From NCBI GenBank assembly GCA_963720265.1, contig CAVRET010000002.1:136704-200703 (forward strand): a stretch of DNA of 64,000 nucleotides. The letters run 5' to 3'. Positions within the stretch are counted from its first letter, which is position 1; each line of letters opens with the position of its first letter. This document shows, one piece after another, positions 28,840 through 37,304 of this stretch. The position numbers and the translations under genes are program-made. The notes beneath the pieces were generated by a model. The model was given only the letters and a program-made list of their open reading frames with translations. It was not told the origin of the DNA and ran no database searches. Source of the stretch: an uncultured bacterium (GTDB lineage Bacteria; Patescibacteriota; Saccharimonadia; UBA4664).

Positions 28840-28848
28840 AATAAGTCC

Positions 28849-28946
28849 TTGGTGCTCCATCGTCAGGGATGTTAGAACCAGAGTCATGGAGCTGGGGCTA
28901 GAGTATCCCCTTCCCAACTATTCCGCACAGAGTCAGATTTAGTTTT
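28849..28946. repeat. Structured intergenic repeat, copy A (about 95 nt)
   Basis: About 85% identical to copy B at 30116-30208. It has a 7 bp stem GCTCCAT/ATGGAGC around a conserved 25 nt loop, then a second GGGG/CCCC hairpin and a conserved tail CCAACTAT..CGCACAGAG. The reverse complement ends in GGAGCACCA, which looks like a tRNA 3' end. Confidence 0.5.
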
Positions 28947-29603
28947 TTATTGATTCTTGAGGAGCTTAATTTGGTAGGCATGGTAAGTAAAACCAGACCG
29001 ACCGCTCTTTGAGCCAACATGTTTCATCTCGTAGTCGTATTGCCTTGCCAGTCCGGGCAGCAGTTCTTGGTTTGCAAAGTCCGACCAGGAGATGTAGGCT
29101 GCGCCACCAGGAACGAGATACTCTCTCAATTCTTTAAAGAACGTCTTTACTACCCGATTACCTTCATCCCAGAAACAAATCGCAGTTTTATCAGGGGCCG
29201 GATGGTCAGTATACGGTGGGTTGATGGTAATGGTATTGAACTTTGAGCCCATCCTTGGAAATAAATCCGTCTCTATGAAGTGAACGTTCGCAACGCCCAA
29301 CTGCTTAGCATTGAGTTGTGCGTTTTTAATCGCAGCCGGGTTTAAATCTGTCCCGATAACGTGACCCGCCCCATGTAACGCCGCGTAAAGCGCAACAATA
29401 CCGTTGCCGGTGCACAAATCCAACACCGAATCCCCTGTTTTAATTTCGATGCTTTCGCAAAGCATCTCGCTATCTGCTCCACCCGGGTAAACATGCGGCA
29501 ATACCGTAAAACGTACACCCGCTAGTTCGTTTTCGAACGAAGCATCAAGCTGCCTGTAATCATCTATTTTCCGGGCTTGAAGCTGAAGCGAGGTTTCACT
29601 CAT
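28947..29603 (-). CDS. Class I SAM-dependent methyltransferase (NPPY motif; HemK/RsmC-like)
   Basis: VLDLCTGNGIVALYAA (SAM motif I) and ITINPPYTDHPAPD (motif IV). Confidence 0.6.
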   Translation of the reverse strand: MSETSLQLQARKIDDYRQLDASFENELAGVRFTVLPHVYPGGADSEMLCESIEIKTGDSVLDLCTGNGIVALYAALHGAGHVIGTDLNPAAIKNAQLNAKQLGVANVHFIETDLFPRMGSKFNTITINPPYTDHPAPDKTAICFWDEGNRVVKTFFKELREYLVPGGAAYISWSDFANQELLPGLARQYDYEMKHVGSKSGRSGFTYHAYQIKLLKNQ

Positions 29604-30060
29604 AACTGCTAAAACGATGAATCAAAAAAATTCTGCCCTGTTTCAAGCGCAACAAGATAATTCTCGACCGGAGGGAAAAGCGGACTAGGCAAATCGTCGA
29701 GAGCAAACCACTGCCAATCCGTTGTCTCTTCGGGCGCGTTATTTTAGTGGGTTCACCCGAAACCCAGTCAGCCACAAAGCTAATATCGACATAGTGTTTC
29801 GGCTTCAATTGGGTAAAATTCATAACACCCAAAAATCTCACATTGCCCACAACAAGCGCATCTCCAGCTTCTTCTGTCAGCTCCCTCAGAGCGCCAGCTT
29901 CAAATGATTCTCCGAGCTCAAGATGACCACCACCGCTGCCCCAATAGTCTTTTCCAAGACCATGCATGCCCTTGCGCTTATGGAGCATTACATATGATTT
30001 GCCATTCTCTTTTTTAAAAACGATAATGCCGACGCCGGCCTTTGGGTACGTTTTATCCAT
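29596..30060 (-). CDS. NUDIX hydrolase
   Basis: Nudix box GGGHLELGESFEAGALRELTEEAG. Confidence 0.75.
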   Translation of the reverse strand: MDKTYPKAGVGIIVFKKENGKSYVMLHKRKGMHGLGKDYWGSGGGHLELGESFEAGALRELTEEAGDALVVGNVRFLGVMNFTQLKPKHYVDISFVADWVSGEPTKITRPKRQRIGSGLLSTICLVRFSLRSRIILLRLKQGRIFLIHRFSSYE

Positions 30061-30075
30061 TGCGTTAATATAACA

Positions 30076-30100
30076 GAAAAGAGCCCCATCGGCTCTTTTG
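30076..30100. terminator. Bidirectional terminator-like perfect 9 bp palindrome
   Basis: AAAAGAGCC-CCAT-GGCTCTTTT, flanked by T-runs on both strands. It lies between repeat copy B and the NUDIX gene. Confidence 0.4.
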
Positions 30101-30115
30101 TAATACTTATGCTTA

Positions 30116-30208
30116 TTGGTGCTCCATCGTCAGAGATGTTAGAACCAGAATTGTGGAGCTGGGACTGGAGTACTCGTTGCCCAACTATACTACCGCACAG
30201 AGACAAAT
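30116..30208. repeat. Structured intergenic repeat, copy B
   Basis: See copy A. The 5' flank of copy B (CTCTTTTGTAATACTTATGCTTATTGGTGC) is about 85% identical to the 3' flank of tRNA-Gly at 30746-30775. Confidence 0.5.
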
Positions 30209-30254
30209 TTAGTTTATTGTTTGGTCACTGTTTAGCCTATAACCCAAAAAAAAA

Positions 30255-30710
30255 TTACTTAATGTGCTTCATTATTTCTTGCGCCAAAGCTCGCATTACA
30301 TCATCAGATAATACTACTGAGTGATGCGTGTCATAATGATGTCCAAATTCGGGGTCAGTGAACTCATCCCCCATAAAGTTAACCGGTCTGCTATAGCGTG
30401 GAGCCACACTCCAATGGACATGAGGTATGGCAGGACTAGACTGAAAGGCGTTGTTCATTAAGCATGTCCAGTTAAATAACTCGGGCTGGAACGCTTCTAT
30501 AATTGCCGACTCAAGCTTCTTCACAACACTTGAAAAGTCTAGCCATTCAGTATTCGAAAGCTCACTTAAGTTGCTCTTATGCTGTTTGAGATTTATGAAG
30601 CACTGACCTAGGTAGCCTTGGCTCGGTTCTAAGACCACATCCCATTGCTGCGTTTCCAGAATACTTCGATGACTTCCAAAGAGGAATTTGCAGGTCTTGC
30701 ATCCGTCCAT
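30255..30710 (-). CDS. HIT-like (histidine triad superfamily) protein
   Basis: A degenerate histidine-triad-like HVHWSV is embedded in a 151 aa alpha/beta protein. The third His is replaced by Ser, so the assignment is tentative. Confidence 0.4.
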   Translation of the reverse strand: MDGCKTCKFLFGSHRSILETQQWDVVLEPSQGYLGQCFINLKQHKSNLSELSNTEWLDFSSVVKKLESAIIEAFQPELFNWTCLMNNAFQSSPAIPHVHWSVAPRYSRPVNFMGDEFTDPEFGHHYDTHHSVVLSDDVMRALAQEIMKHIK

Positions 30711-30768
30711 AATACTGCAATTTTACCAAAAAAGACCCGAGATAGCTCTTTCATAATACTTATGCTTA

Positions 30769-30842
30769 CTGGTGCGGGTAGCGGGAATCGAACCCACCAC
30801 TCAACCTTGGGAAGGTCGCATATTACCGATGTACTATACCCG
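30769..30842 (-). tRNA. tRNA-Gly (anticodon CCC)
   Basis: Reverse complement GCGGGTA...CGACC-TTCCCAA-GGTTG...GTGGG-TTCGATT-CCCGC-TACCCGC-A-CCA. Confidence 0.8.
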
Positions 30843-30858
30843 CACGTTTAAATAAATC

Positions 30859-30934
30859 CTGGAGCCGATGAGCGGGCTCGAACCGCTGACCTTTGCTTTA
30901 CGAAAGCACTGCTCTACCAACTGAGCTACATCGG
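30859..30934 (-). tRNA. tRNA-Thr (anticodon CGT)
   Basis: Reverse complement GCCGATG-TA-GCTC-AGTTGGTA-GAGC-A-GTGCT-TTCGTAA-AGCAA-AGGTC-AGCGG-TTCGAGC-CCGCT-CATCGGC-T-CCA. Confidence 0.85.
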
Positions 30935-31053
30935 CGCGACGGACCGGCCTGGAGCCAGATTAGCAAAAATACAAAAAAACACCAATAGCCAGCCCGCAAG
31001 CGGCTATCAGTGCCCTTAGAACAAAACCGCGAGGTCCTACCTCGCGCTAGCTC

Positions 31054-31245
31054 TTAGCTGATTCCTTTATATTTGGGGAACCTCTGCTCATAGCGGTCGG
31101 CCAGAAATTCATACTTCTGCTCCAGCGCCCGCCTGGCTTCGTCCGGACTCATGTAGAACACGTCATACAAGTCCTGTTGCTGTGCTTGGATGTTAGAGCT
31201 TTTTATTTTCCGGATCCTGGAACGCCCCACTGTTGTTGCCCTCAT
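31054..31245 (-). CDS. Small hypothetical protein (63 aa)
   Basis: The ORF is followed on the minus strand by hairpin CGCGAGGT/ACCTCGCG plus a T-run (31026-31046), consistent with a terminated small gene. Confidence 0.25.
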   Translation of the reverse strand: MRATTVGRSRIRKIKSSNIQAQQQDLYDVFYMSPDEARRALEQKYEFLADRYEQRFPKYKGIS

Positions 31246-31361
31246 TAATTATCTTGGACTCACAGTATGCCTGTACCCATGCATGCAGGCATTGGCACAG
31301 TTTCCAAAACCGACCCAGCTGAGTCTCAAGTTATTTTGGCGAGACAGCTAAAGCCGCTTGC

Positions 31362-31772
31362 TTAATAGCTCAAATATGAGGTAAAGATATACCCGGTAAG
31401 TCCGTGGTACTCAACTTCCTGCCAATCGGCGTTGCCGCCCGAAAGCAATTGCACCACCGTGTCACCGTTGAGACTGACGAGAATCTGACTCGACGTCGAG
31501 GGCTGGGCGCGCAGGTGCACGAAAGCATTGGTCGTAGCAGTCGGCGCCGAGCTGGCGCTCGGGCTGGGGGTCGGAGTTGGGCTAGGAGTCGCACTTGGCG
31601 TAACCCGCGGCGTTGGCTGGTGTGACGGGCTGGCCATACCTGCGATCGGCTGCGAATCGGTATCATTACTCAAGCTGCCGCGCTGACCCACTGCAAGCGT
31701 TACTTCGGCCAGTCCCGCCGCCATTATCGCCAGGATAAGCGCCCCCACCAAGCTCGCAGCCCACCGGCTCAT
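31362..31772 (-). CDS. Membrane-anchored SH3b-domain protein with a Pro/Thr/Ser-rich linker
   Basis: N-terminal TM, a PTPSPSASSAPTATT linker, and a C-terminal SH3_3-like block (VHLRAQPSTSSQILVSLNGDTVVQLL...WQEVEYHGLTGYIFTSYLSY). Confidence 0.5.
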   Translation of the reverse strand: MSRWAASLVGALILAIMAAGLAEVTLAVGQRGSLSNDTDSQPIAGMASPSHQPTPRVTPSATPSPTPTPSPSASSAPTATTNAFVHLRAQPSTSSQILVSLNGDTVVQLLSGGNADWQEVEYHGLTGYIFTSYLSY

Positions 31773-31781
31773 GGTTATTCC

Positions 31782-32165
31782 CTACCCGTAAAAGTGGCCA
31801 TACAACCACACAATGGTACCCGCCACCACCACGATGATAACGAGGCCAAGCACAAATTGCAGCACAACCTTCCAGCCACCCCGCTTGGGCGAGGCAGCCG
31901 ACTTAGCCGCTCGCCGTTTTGGTTGAGTGGCGGCCAACTGTTGCTCGGTTGGCGCCTCATAGTTAGCCGCCGACGGGCGCGGTCCCGCCGGGCGCGGACC
32001 CACTGGGCGGGCCCCAACCGGCCTACCCACCGGCCTCGGCTGAGTTGTTGCTGCCCCGGCCTGGCCTGTCGGCCTTGTACCCGCCGGCGCGGCCGTCCGG
32101 CCAAAACTGTCCATACGCCTCGGCCCCATATCGTTCACCCTTCGAGCCGGCTTTTGCTGATCCAC
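31782..32165 (-). CDS. Pro/Arg-rich hypothetical protein with a C-terminal TM anchor
   Basis: RPVGARPVGPRPAGPRP repeats and a C-terminal hydrophobic helix. GC-rich. The coding call is tentative. Confidence 0.3.
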   Translation of the reverse strand: MDQQKPARRVNDMGPRRMDSFGRTAAPAGTRPTGQAGAATTQPRPVGRPVGARPVGPRPAGPRPSAANYEAPTEQQLAATQPKRRAAKSAASPKRGGWKVVLQFVLGLVIIVVVAGTIVWLYGHFYG

Positions 32166-32304
32166 GCTGATCCACCCAGGTTATTTACCCAAAATCATAA
32201 CACAAAACGCTAGGCTTGCTTACAAGTCGCTGGTGGGTAGCACCCGAACATGGCCAAAAATCTCACCCACTGCGAGACTATTTAACCATATTTTATCAAC
32301 CCAC

Positions 32305-33006
32305 CTAGCGGTATTCAGGATTTGCAAAGTCAAAATGCGAGCCGGCGTCCCATTTGCTCCGCTGGTTGCCATAGGCCGGCACACCACCGGCCGCTTTGAG
32401 CATTTTCGCCAGATGCATCAGGTTCCATGTCATGAACGTCGTATTGCGATTCGTAAAATCATTCGCAAAGCCCACCTTGCCACCGTGCCCATCGTCGTCA
32501 CCATAACTCGGCCCCGGACCGGCCTCACCAATCCAGCCGGCATCGGCTTGAGGCGGAATCGTATAGCCCAAGTGTTGCAGACTATACAACACATTCATCG
32601 CACAATGCTTAATTCCATCCTCATTTCCGGTAATCAAACACCCACCAACTTTCCCATAGTAGGCATACTGGCCGGCCTCATCGAGCAGGCTCGAACACGC
32701 GTACAGTCGCTCAATCACCTTTTTCATCTGCGAGCTATTGTCACCCAGCCAAATCGGGCCGGCCAGCACCAAAACATCAGCTGCCATCACCTGCTTGTAC
32801 AGCTCCGGCCACTCGTCTCGCTCCCAGCCGTGCTCGCGCATATCCGGGTAAATGCCTGTCGCAATATCCGGATGATCAATCGTCCGGATCACTTCCACGG
32901 TAACACCGTGCTTGCGCATAATCGCCGCACTCACCTCAATCAGCCGCTCGGTATGGCTCTGAGCCGGCGACTTTGTCAGCGTCCCATTAAAATATAGTGC
33001 CTTCAT
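32305..33006 (-). CDS. Flavodoxin-like-fold NAD(P)H-dependent FMN reductase family protein
   Basis: Start set at MKALYFNGTL (33006). An AADVLVLAGPIWLGDNSSQMKKVIERL core is typical of the NADPH-dependent FMN reductase / WrbA-like fold. Confidence 0.5.
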   Translation of the reverse strand: MKALYFNGTLTKSPAQSHTERLIEVSAAIMRKHGVTVEVIRTIDHPDIATGIYPDMREHGWERDEWPELYKQVMAADVLVLAGPIWLGDNSSQMKKVIERLYACSSLLDEAGQYAYYGKVGGCLITGNEDGIKHCAMNVLYSLQHLGYTIPPQADAGWIGEAGPGPSYGDDDGHGGKVGFANDFTNRNTTFMTWNLMHLAKMLKAAGGVPAYGNQRSKWDAGSHFDFANPEYR

Positions 33007-33119
33007 ACCGCTAAAATCATATGTTTCTGCCACCACCACGTTCCTTTTATAGGAGAACCATATCACGAAGAAGGCCCCTAAAGAGGCACCGTGTCACTAA
33101 AGATGCAATAAACGTGCAT

Positions 33120-34361
33120 TCAGAAATTGTTCGAGTCCCGCTCCCCCGGCCGGCTGGGGCGGTGAGACCGGCGCCAAACCGCCGAACCCAGAACCAGCAT
33201 GATCCCAATCACAACAACGGAACCCGCAATAACCGCTCCTTTGTGAGCGCTGTACGCCGCAGTCAGCGAATTGCGGCTTGTGCGCGGCTGGCCCGATCCG
33301 TTCTGTCCATTGCCGGAACTGCTGCCCGCGGGACCATAGCCGCCGGTGCTATCGCTGCCCACACCCGCACCAGTGCCGGCGGCGGAGCTCGCACTAGGCA
33401 TTGGCGTGGCCGCGCTAGATGTAGTCGAGCTTGACGCAGTAGCGGACGCCCCGGCACCGCTCGCCGATCCACTCGTACCAACCGAAGATGAACGTATAGT
33501 CGGAACCGAAGTTGACGCAGACCCACTATGCACGGGGGCTGGCGTTGGGGTATTCGCGCCCGCGTAACTCCACGCGCGCACGTAGTCTACCTGAACGTTC
33601 GCCGGCGCTACCGTAGAGCTGCCGCTTGAGGTTGTGTTTTGTAAAACCAAATACATTGGTGCGCTGGTAATTCCCGACGCAATCGTGCCAACCTTTACGC
33701 CGTCGTAATAATACGTCACGATTCCCGGCTCCCAATCCGCGCCAAATGTGTGCCACCCAGAGTAATTGCCGCTCGCACAGCCGCCCGGGCCGCCGGACGG
33801 ATCATGAAAATGCCAGCACGCCTGGCCCCCCAACCCCTCCAAAACATCCATCTCCCCGTCAGTCGGCCAATTTTGACCGTCGGTCCACCAGGCCGGCCAG
33901 TTGGCCACACTGCCGTTGCCCGGCAAATACATCCGGGCCTCGACGAATCCGTAGGTGAAGCTAAACAAGCCGTCCGAACGGACCAGCGAGCCGGTATACG
34001 GCTCATTGTGCCCGGCGCAGCTCGACGACTGATGGACGAGGTTAAGGTTGAGCACCCCACCACTCTCCGAAACGTTCGACGAGCTGTAGCACGCATCTTC
34101 GCTCGTATTCACCGGCCCGGTTGTACCAGTTCCAAACCAGCCAGGGATCCACTTGGTAGTATCAAGGCTGCTTCCGTTGAATTCATCGTCAAACACCAAG
34201 TTCCAGTTGCCCGCCGGCCCAATCGGCTGTACCGCAGCCAAGCTGTGCAGCACCACCAACCACCCAGTAGCCACGGATACTACAACGAGCGACACAAGGG
34301 CTGCACCGGTAAACTCCCGGCGTTTCCATATTCTCGCGGGCCTCTTGCGGCGTTTAACCAT
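33120..34361 (-). CDS. Glycoside hydrolase family 16 (beta-glucanase/laminarinase-like), membrane-anchored
   Basis: GEMDVLEG matches the GH16 catalytic ExDxxE. N-terminal TM anchor, C-terminal Ser/Thr/Gly/Ala-rich region and a second hydrophobic segment. Confidence 0.6.
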   Translation of the reverse strand: MVKRRKRPARIWKRREFTGAALVSLVVVSVATGWLVVLHSLAAVQPIGPAGNWNLVFDDEFNGSSLDTTKWIPGWFGTGTTGPVNTSEDACYSSSNVSESGGVLNLNLVHQSSSCAGHNEPYTGSLVRSDGLFSFTYGFVEARMYLPGNGSVANWPAWWTDGQNWPTDGEMDVLEGLGGQACWHFHDPSGGPGGCASGNYSGWHTFGADWEPGIVTYYYDGVKVGTIASGITSAPMYLVLQNTTSSGSSTVAPANVQVDYVRAWSYAGANTPTPAPVHSGSASTSVPTIRSSSVGTSGSASGAGASATASSSTTSSAATPMPSASSAAGTGAGVGSDSTGGYGPAGSSSGNGQNGSGQPRTSRNSLTAAYSAHKGAVIAGSVVVIGIMLVLGSAVWRRSHRPSRPGERDSNNF

Positions 34362-34419
34362 AACCGTATTATAACCGAGGTCACTGGGTAAAGTTCAACA
34401 ACTTCGGTTACACGTTAAA

Positions 34420-34444
34420 GATTGTTGTAATTTAATCAACAATC
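34420..34444. promoter_or_regulatory. 8 bp perfect inverted repeat, operator- or terminator-like, between tag and the GH16 gene
   Basis: GATTGTTG-TAATTTAAT-CAACAATC. Confidence 0.3.
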
Positions 34445-34468
34445 CTTAACAGGCCAACAGATACGTCC

Positions 34469-34936
34469 CTAGCGCCGGTCGTGCCATTCCTTGACAGTCC
34501 GCGGCAACTCCACGCCCACCGAAAACAAAAAGATCACCGTCGTCCCCTTACCCATAAACGCAAACTGCTTGCTAATATCAGCCTTCAGCGCATCTTCGCC
34601 TCCAACCGCCAGCTTGCCCAGATACTGCCCAAAGCTGCCGTGCTCGCGTGCGATCTCCTGCATTTTGGCCGCATTACCCACCACCGCCCGGATCTTGAGC
34701 AAATTACGGATCACTGCCGGGTCCGCCATTAACGCATCAATCTTTTGCTCGTCGTAATCGGTCACGGTAGCAATATCAAACCCATCAAACGCCTGGCGAA
34801 TGCCCGGCCATTTCTTCTCCAATGTCGCCCAATTCAGCCCGGCCGCAAAGACGACCTTGCTCATGCGCTCAAAGTATTCATTGTCATCTTTCGGCTTTTC
34901 AACCGGATGATTATGCCACTCAGAAGGCTTCGGCAT
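34469..34936 (-). CDS. tag: DNA-3-methyladenine glycosylase I
   Basis: FERMSKVVFAAGLNWATLEKKWPGIRQAFDGFD matches the Tag family pattern (F.AGLSW.T.L.K...FR.AF..FD). Confidence 0.7.
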   Translation of the reverse strand: MPKPSEWHNHPVEKPKDDNEYFERMSKVVFAAGLNWATLEKKWPGIRQAFDGFDIATVTDYDEQKIDALMADPAVIRNLLKIRAVVGNAAKMQEIAREHGSFGQYLGKLAVGGEDALKADISKQFAFMGKGTTVIFLFSVGVELPRTVKEWHDRR

Positions 34937-34984
34937 CTCGCACCTCCTTCTTATTTGCAGCCATCATAGCACGGGCGCTCACAA

Positions 34985-35032
34985 GTAAAGCGGCCTTGAT
35001 TACTCAAGGCCGCCGGGCTTGGCGGCTCCACA
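34985..35032. repeat. Direct repeat, copy 1 (about 48 nt, contains perfect hairpin GCGGCCTTGA-TTAC-TCAAGGCCGC); left boundary of the TA/IS island
   Basis: AAAGCGGCCTTGATTACTCAAGGCCGCCGGGCTTGGCGGCTCCACAAG is about 81% identical to copy 2 at 38066-38113. The hairpin is identical in both. Confidence 0.45.
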
Positions 35033-35152
35033 AGGCCCGCCTTGCCCACATCGTCGTCGTGACTACGTAGTAGTAGGCACTTGTACCTCTGCACCCACGT
35101 AGCCGGTTTCGTCACAGCTCGATACCGAGAATCTTATGAGTTGCCCCCAGAG

Positions 35153-35599
35153 TCAGGATGTGTCCCAACGCTTCGCCTCGTCCTCAAGCACCCTAAGCAA
35201 ATCAGCGACCACCACCTCAAGGCCCTCCTGTTGCTCTGCATCGCGCATTGCTTCGTCCAAACCGTCCCAGTACCCCTCAAAGTTGCCTCCGTCTCGGCGG
35301 ACGAGTGCCATTTGTACCATGAGACCAATCTGCGTTCGTGCAGAATCACCGCCGGATCTCTGACTCTCAAGAACCACTTGCTCACCTAGCAGCTGGTAGC
35401 GCGTAAGAAGCTCAGTTACTCCGGCTCCAGAAAGCATGGCATCGACCACCTGACGGCGCAGCTCGGCCAGTTCTTTGGTCTCCGCATAACCAAGCGCCTC
35501 AGGAAGCCTATCGATCTCAGGCTTTGGTTCCATCTCAACACTCCAATCAAGGCGCGATGCCTCTGAAGATCCTAGGTCTGGAGAAGGTTCAGACTCCAT
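35153..35599 (-). CDS. Acidic hypothetical protein (148 aa)
   Basis: Glu/Asp/Leu-rich helical ORF inside the island. No motif recognised. Confidence 0.3.
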   Translation of the reverse strand: MESEPSPDLGSSEASRLDWSVEMEPKPEIDRLPEALGYAETKELAELRRQVVDAMLSGAGVTELLTRYQLLGEQVVLESQRSGGDSARTQIGLMVQMALVRRDGGNFEGYWDGLDEAMRDAEQQEGLEVVVADLLRVLEDEAKRWDTS

Positions 35600-35701
35600 G
35601 GCCTAATAATACGTTATCCGTACAACGGCGCCAGTCGACTCCATCAACGGTTGGCAATCTCTCAAAAAATGCCTCGTAAAGGCTATAAATAGATCCTTGA
35701 C

Positions 35702-35752
35702 GGGAGCTAGCGAACGATTTTCGAATTATTTTGACTTAATGAAAGTCAAATC
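35702..35752 (+). repeat. Island repeat R1 (conserved core GAACGATTTTCGAAyTrTTTTGrCTTA plus a copy-specific hairpin)
   Basis: GGGAGCTAGCGAACGATTTTCGAATTATTTTGACTTAATGAAAGTCAA. The hairpin is TTGACTT/AAGTCAA. It abuts the IS982 left inverted repeat. Confidence 0.45.
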
Positions 35753-36671
35753 GTACCCCCTGAATCTAAAAACCTAGCCAACTAGAAAACGAGCGGGCGC
35801 ATACTGTTTCTTGTAAGAGAAAACAAACATGCAACCACTCGCTCTCGAATCACATCATATCGTGGATTTATTTGTCGTCATAGACGACGCCGTAGCAGAA
35901 CCGACCCGGCCGCAGGGTGGCCGGCCAAAACTTGTTCGTGATTCAGAAATCATTACCCTTTTAATCTGGAATTGTATATCGGATACGCGTCAGCGTACCC
36001 TTAAATCCATCTTTCATTGGGCCTTGTTGTACCACCGTCGTGACGTGCCCAGGCTCGGTACATATGGGGCTTTTGTGGCCCATTGCCACCGTCTTTTGCC
36101 TCAACTTCTCGAGCTTTTGGGGCAGATGCTGGTTCCAGCCGAGATCCAGCTAGTAGATTCAACCAGGCTGCCGGTGTGCCGTAACCACCGGGCCGACAGT
36201 TACAAAGTGGCAGCCGGTCTGGCGGGCTGGGGTAAAAACTGGCAGGGCTTTTGGTTTGGATTTAAGTTGCACGCGGCGGTGGACGTGGAAGGGTGGCTTT
36301 CGGCCGTGACCTTTACTCCAGCTGACGTCTACGACGGTCATGTGACGCCCGGGCTGGTACGGCCCGAAACTAAAATTGTAGTGGGCGACAGCCATTACGG
36401 CGACAAAATCGCCCGGGAAAAGCTTTGGCGCGAGCATGGTGTAGTGGTTGTAGCACCGGTTCATTACCGGCAAGTTTCTCGAATTATGGCTTCGTGGCAA
36501 CAAAAACTTCTTGCTGCACGAGTCAAAGTCGAATGCACATTTGACTACTTAAAAGAACATCTGAACTTAGTTAGTTCATTCCCGCGGAGCAAAAACGGCT
36601 ATCTGCTCCATTACGTCAGGATTTTGCTGGGCTACCAGATGGGACGGGGTTTTTAGATTCAGGGGTACCAA
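35753..36671 (+). mobile_element. IS982-family (IS4/IS5 superfamily) insertion sequence, apparently intact
   Basis: 21-22 bp terminal inverted repeats GTACCCCCTGAATCTAAAAACC (35753-35775) and GGTTTTTAGATTCAGGGGTACC (36650-36671) flank one DDE transposase ORF. Confidence 0.65.
35829..36656 (+). CDS. IS982-family DDE transposase
   Basis: 275 aa with a candidate DDE triad (DSTRLPVC ... VGDSHY ... ECTFDYLKEH) and an N-terminal FVVIDDAV. Confidence 0.7.
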   Translation: MQPLALESHHIVDLFVVIDDAVAEPTRPQGGRPKLVRDSEIITLLIWNCISDTRQRTLKSIFHWALLYHRRDVPRLGTYGAFVAHCHRLLPQLLELLGQMLVPAEIQLVDSTRLPVCRNHRADSYKVAAGLAGWGKNWQGFWFGFKLHAAVDVEGWLSAVTFTPADVYDGHVTPGLVRPETKIVVGDSHYGDKIAREKLWREHGVVVVAPVHYRQVSRIMASWQQKLLAARVKVECTFDYLKEHLNLVSSFPRSKNGYLLHYVRILLGYQMGRGF

Positions 36672-36710
36672 GTTGACATCGATTAGAAATGTGACTACAA
36701 TGTAATCACT

Positions 36711-36941
36711 ATGAAGGCATCGATTGTCACAATTGGTAATTCCAAAGGAATTCGAATACCTAAGCCACTACTGGAAGAGAGCGGACTTAAAGATAAAGTC
36801 GAAATCACCGCAGTTAAAGGCGAGATAAAAATCGTACCCCTCAAGGAACCAGTCGATCTTAGTTCAGCATTACTCGCCGAAGCAGCTTTAGGTGATTGGA
36901 ACAAGCCAGAAGAGAATGACGCGTGGGCGAATTTGCGGTAA
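36711..36941 (+). CDS. mazE: MazE/PemI (AbrB/SpoVT-fold) antitoxin
   Basis: ASIVTIGNSKGIRIPKPLLEESGL is a swapped-hairpin barrel DNA-binding motif. 76 aa. It overlaps the downstream toxin gene by 19 nt. Confidence 0.65.
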   Translation: MKASIVTIGNSKGIRIPKPLLEESGLKDKVEITAVKGEIKIVPLKEPVDLSSALLAEAALGDWNKPEENDAWANLR

Positions 36942-37252
36942 ACGAAGTCGTTTTAGTAATGTTCTCCTTCTCGAATCTCAAGGGACAAAAACTCAGACCC
37001 GCTCTTGTCGTTGCAAAAGCAGAATTTGGCGACTTGATTCTTTGCCAAATAACTTCGAAACCGTACTCAAGCAAAATCGCCATAGAATTGAACGCGAACG
37101 ATTTCGGCGATGGCCAATTGCCAATTACAAGTTATATCAGACCAGACAAACTATTCACTGCAGACCGAACCATTATTGCCAGCAAGGCAGGAACGGTTTC
37201 GGACGACAAATCAGCGAGGGTCACAGAAGCAATCCTCAATCTCTTTGCCTAG
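36923..37252 (+). CDS. mazF: MazF/PemK-family endoribonuclease toxin
   Basis: VVLVMFSFSNLKGQKLRPALVVAK ... ITSK matches the PemK/MazF signature. 109 aa. Confidence 0.7.
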   Translation: MGEFAVNEVVLVMFSFSNLKGQKLRPALVVAKAEFGDLILCQITSKPYSSKIAIELNANDFGDGQLPITSYIRPDKLFTADRTIIASKAGTVSDDKSARVTEAILNLFA

Positions 37253-37295
37253 AACGATTTTCGAACTATTTTGGCTTAAAGTAGACCAAACTGAC
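37243..37295 (+). repeat. Island repeat R2 (overlaps the mazF stop)
   Basis: TTGCCTAGAACGATTTTCGAACTATTTTGGCTTAAAGTAGACCAAA. The hairpin is TTTGG/CCAAA. Confidence 0.45.
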
Positions 37296-37304
37296 GCCAG
37301 TCGC

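Noticed and set aside
28849-30208. Repeat copies A and B as two additional bona fide tRNA genes
   Set aside because: Despite a GGAGCACCA 3' end on the minus strand, neither copy folds into D, anticodon or T arms. They are kept as a tRNA-like repeat element instead.
31794-32213. 139 aa plus-strand ORF antisense to the Pro-rich protein gene
   Set aside because: It is a mirror-image low-complexity frame of a GC/Pro-rich region, so one of the pair is spurious. Neither has motifs. The minus-strand frame was kept because it ends in a TM anchor and is co-directional with its neighbours.
33263-34391. Several 70-213 aa ORFs overlapping the GH16 gene on both strands
   Set aside because: GC-rich region artefacts. 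The GH16 frame carries a recognisable catalytic motif and signal anchor, and the others have none.
36159-36503. 114 aa ORF antisense within the IS982 transposase
   Set aside because: It is embedded in a recognisable DDE transposase reading frame with no independent signals.
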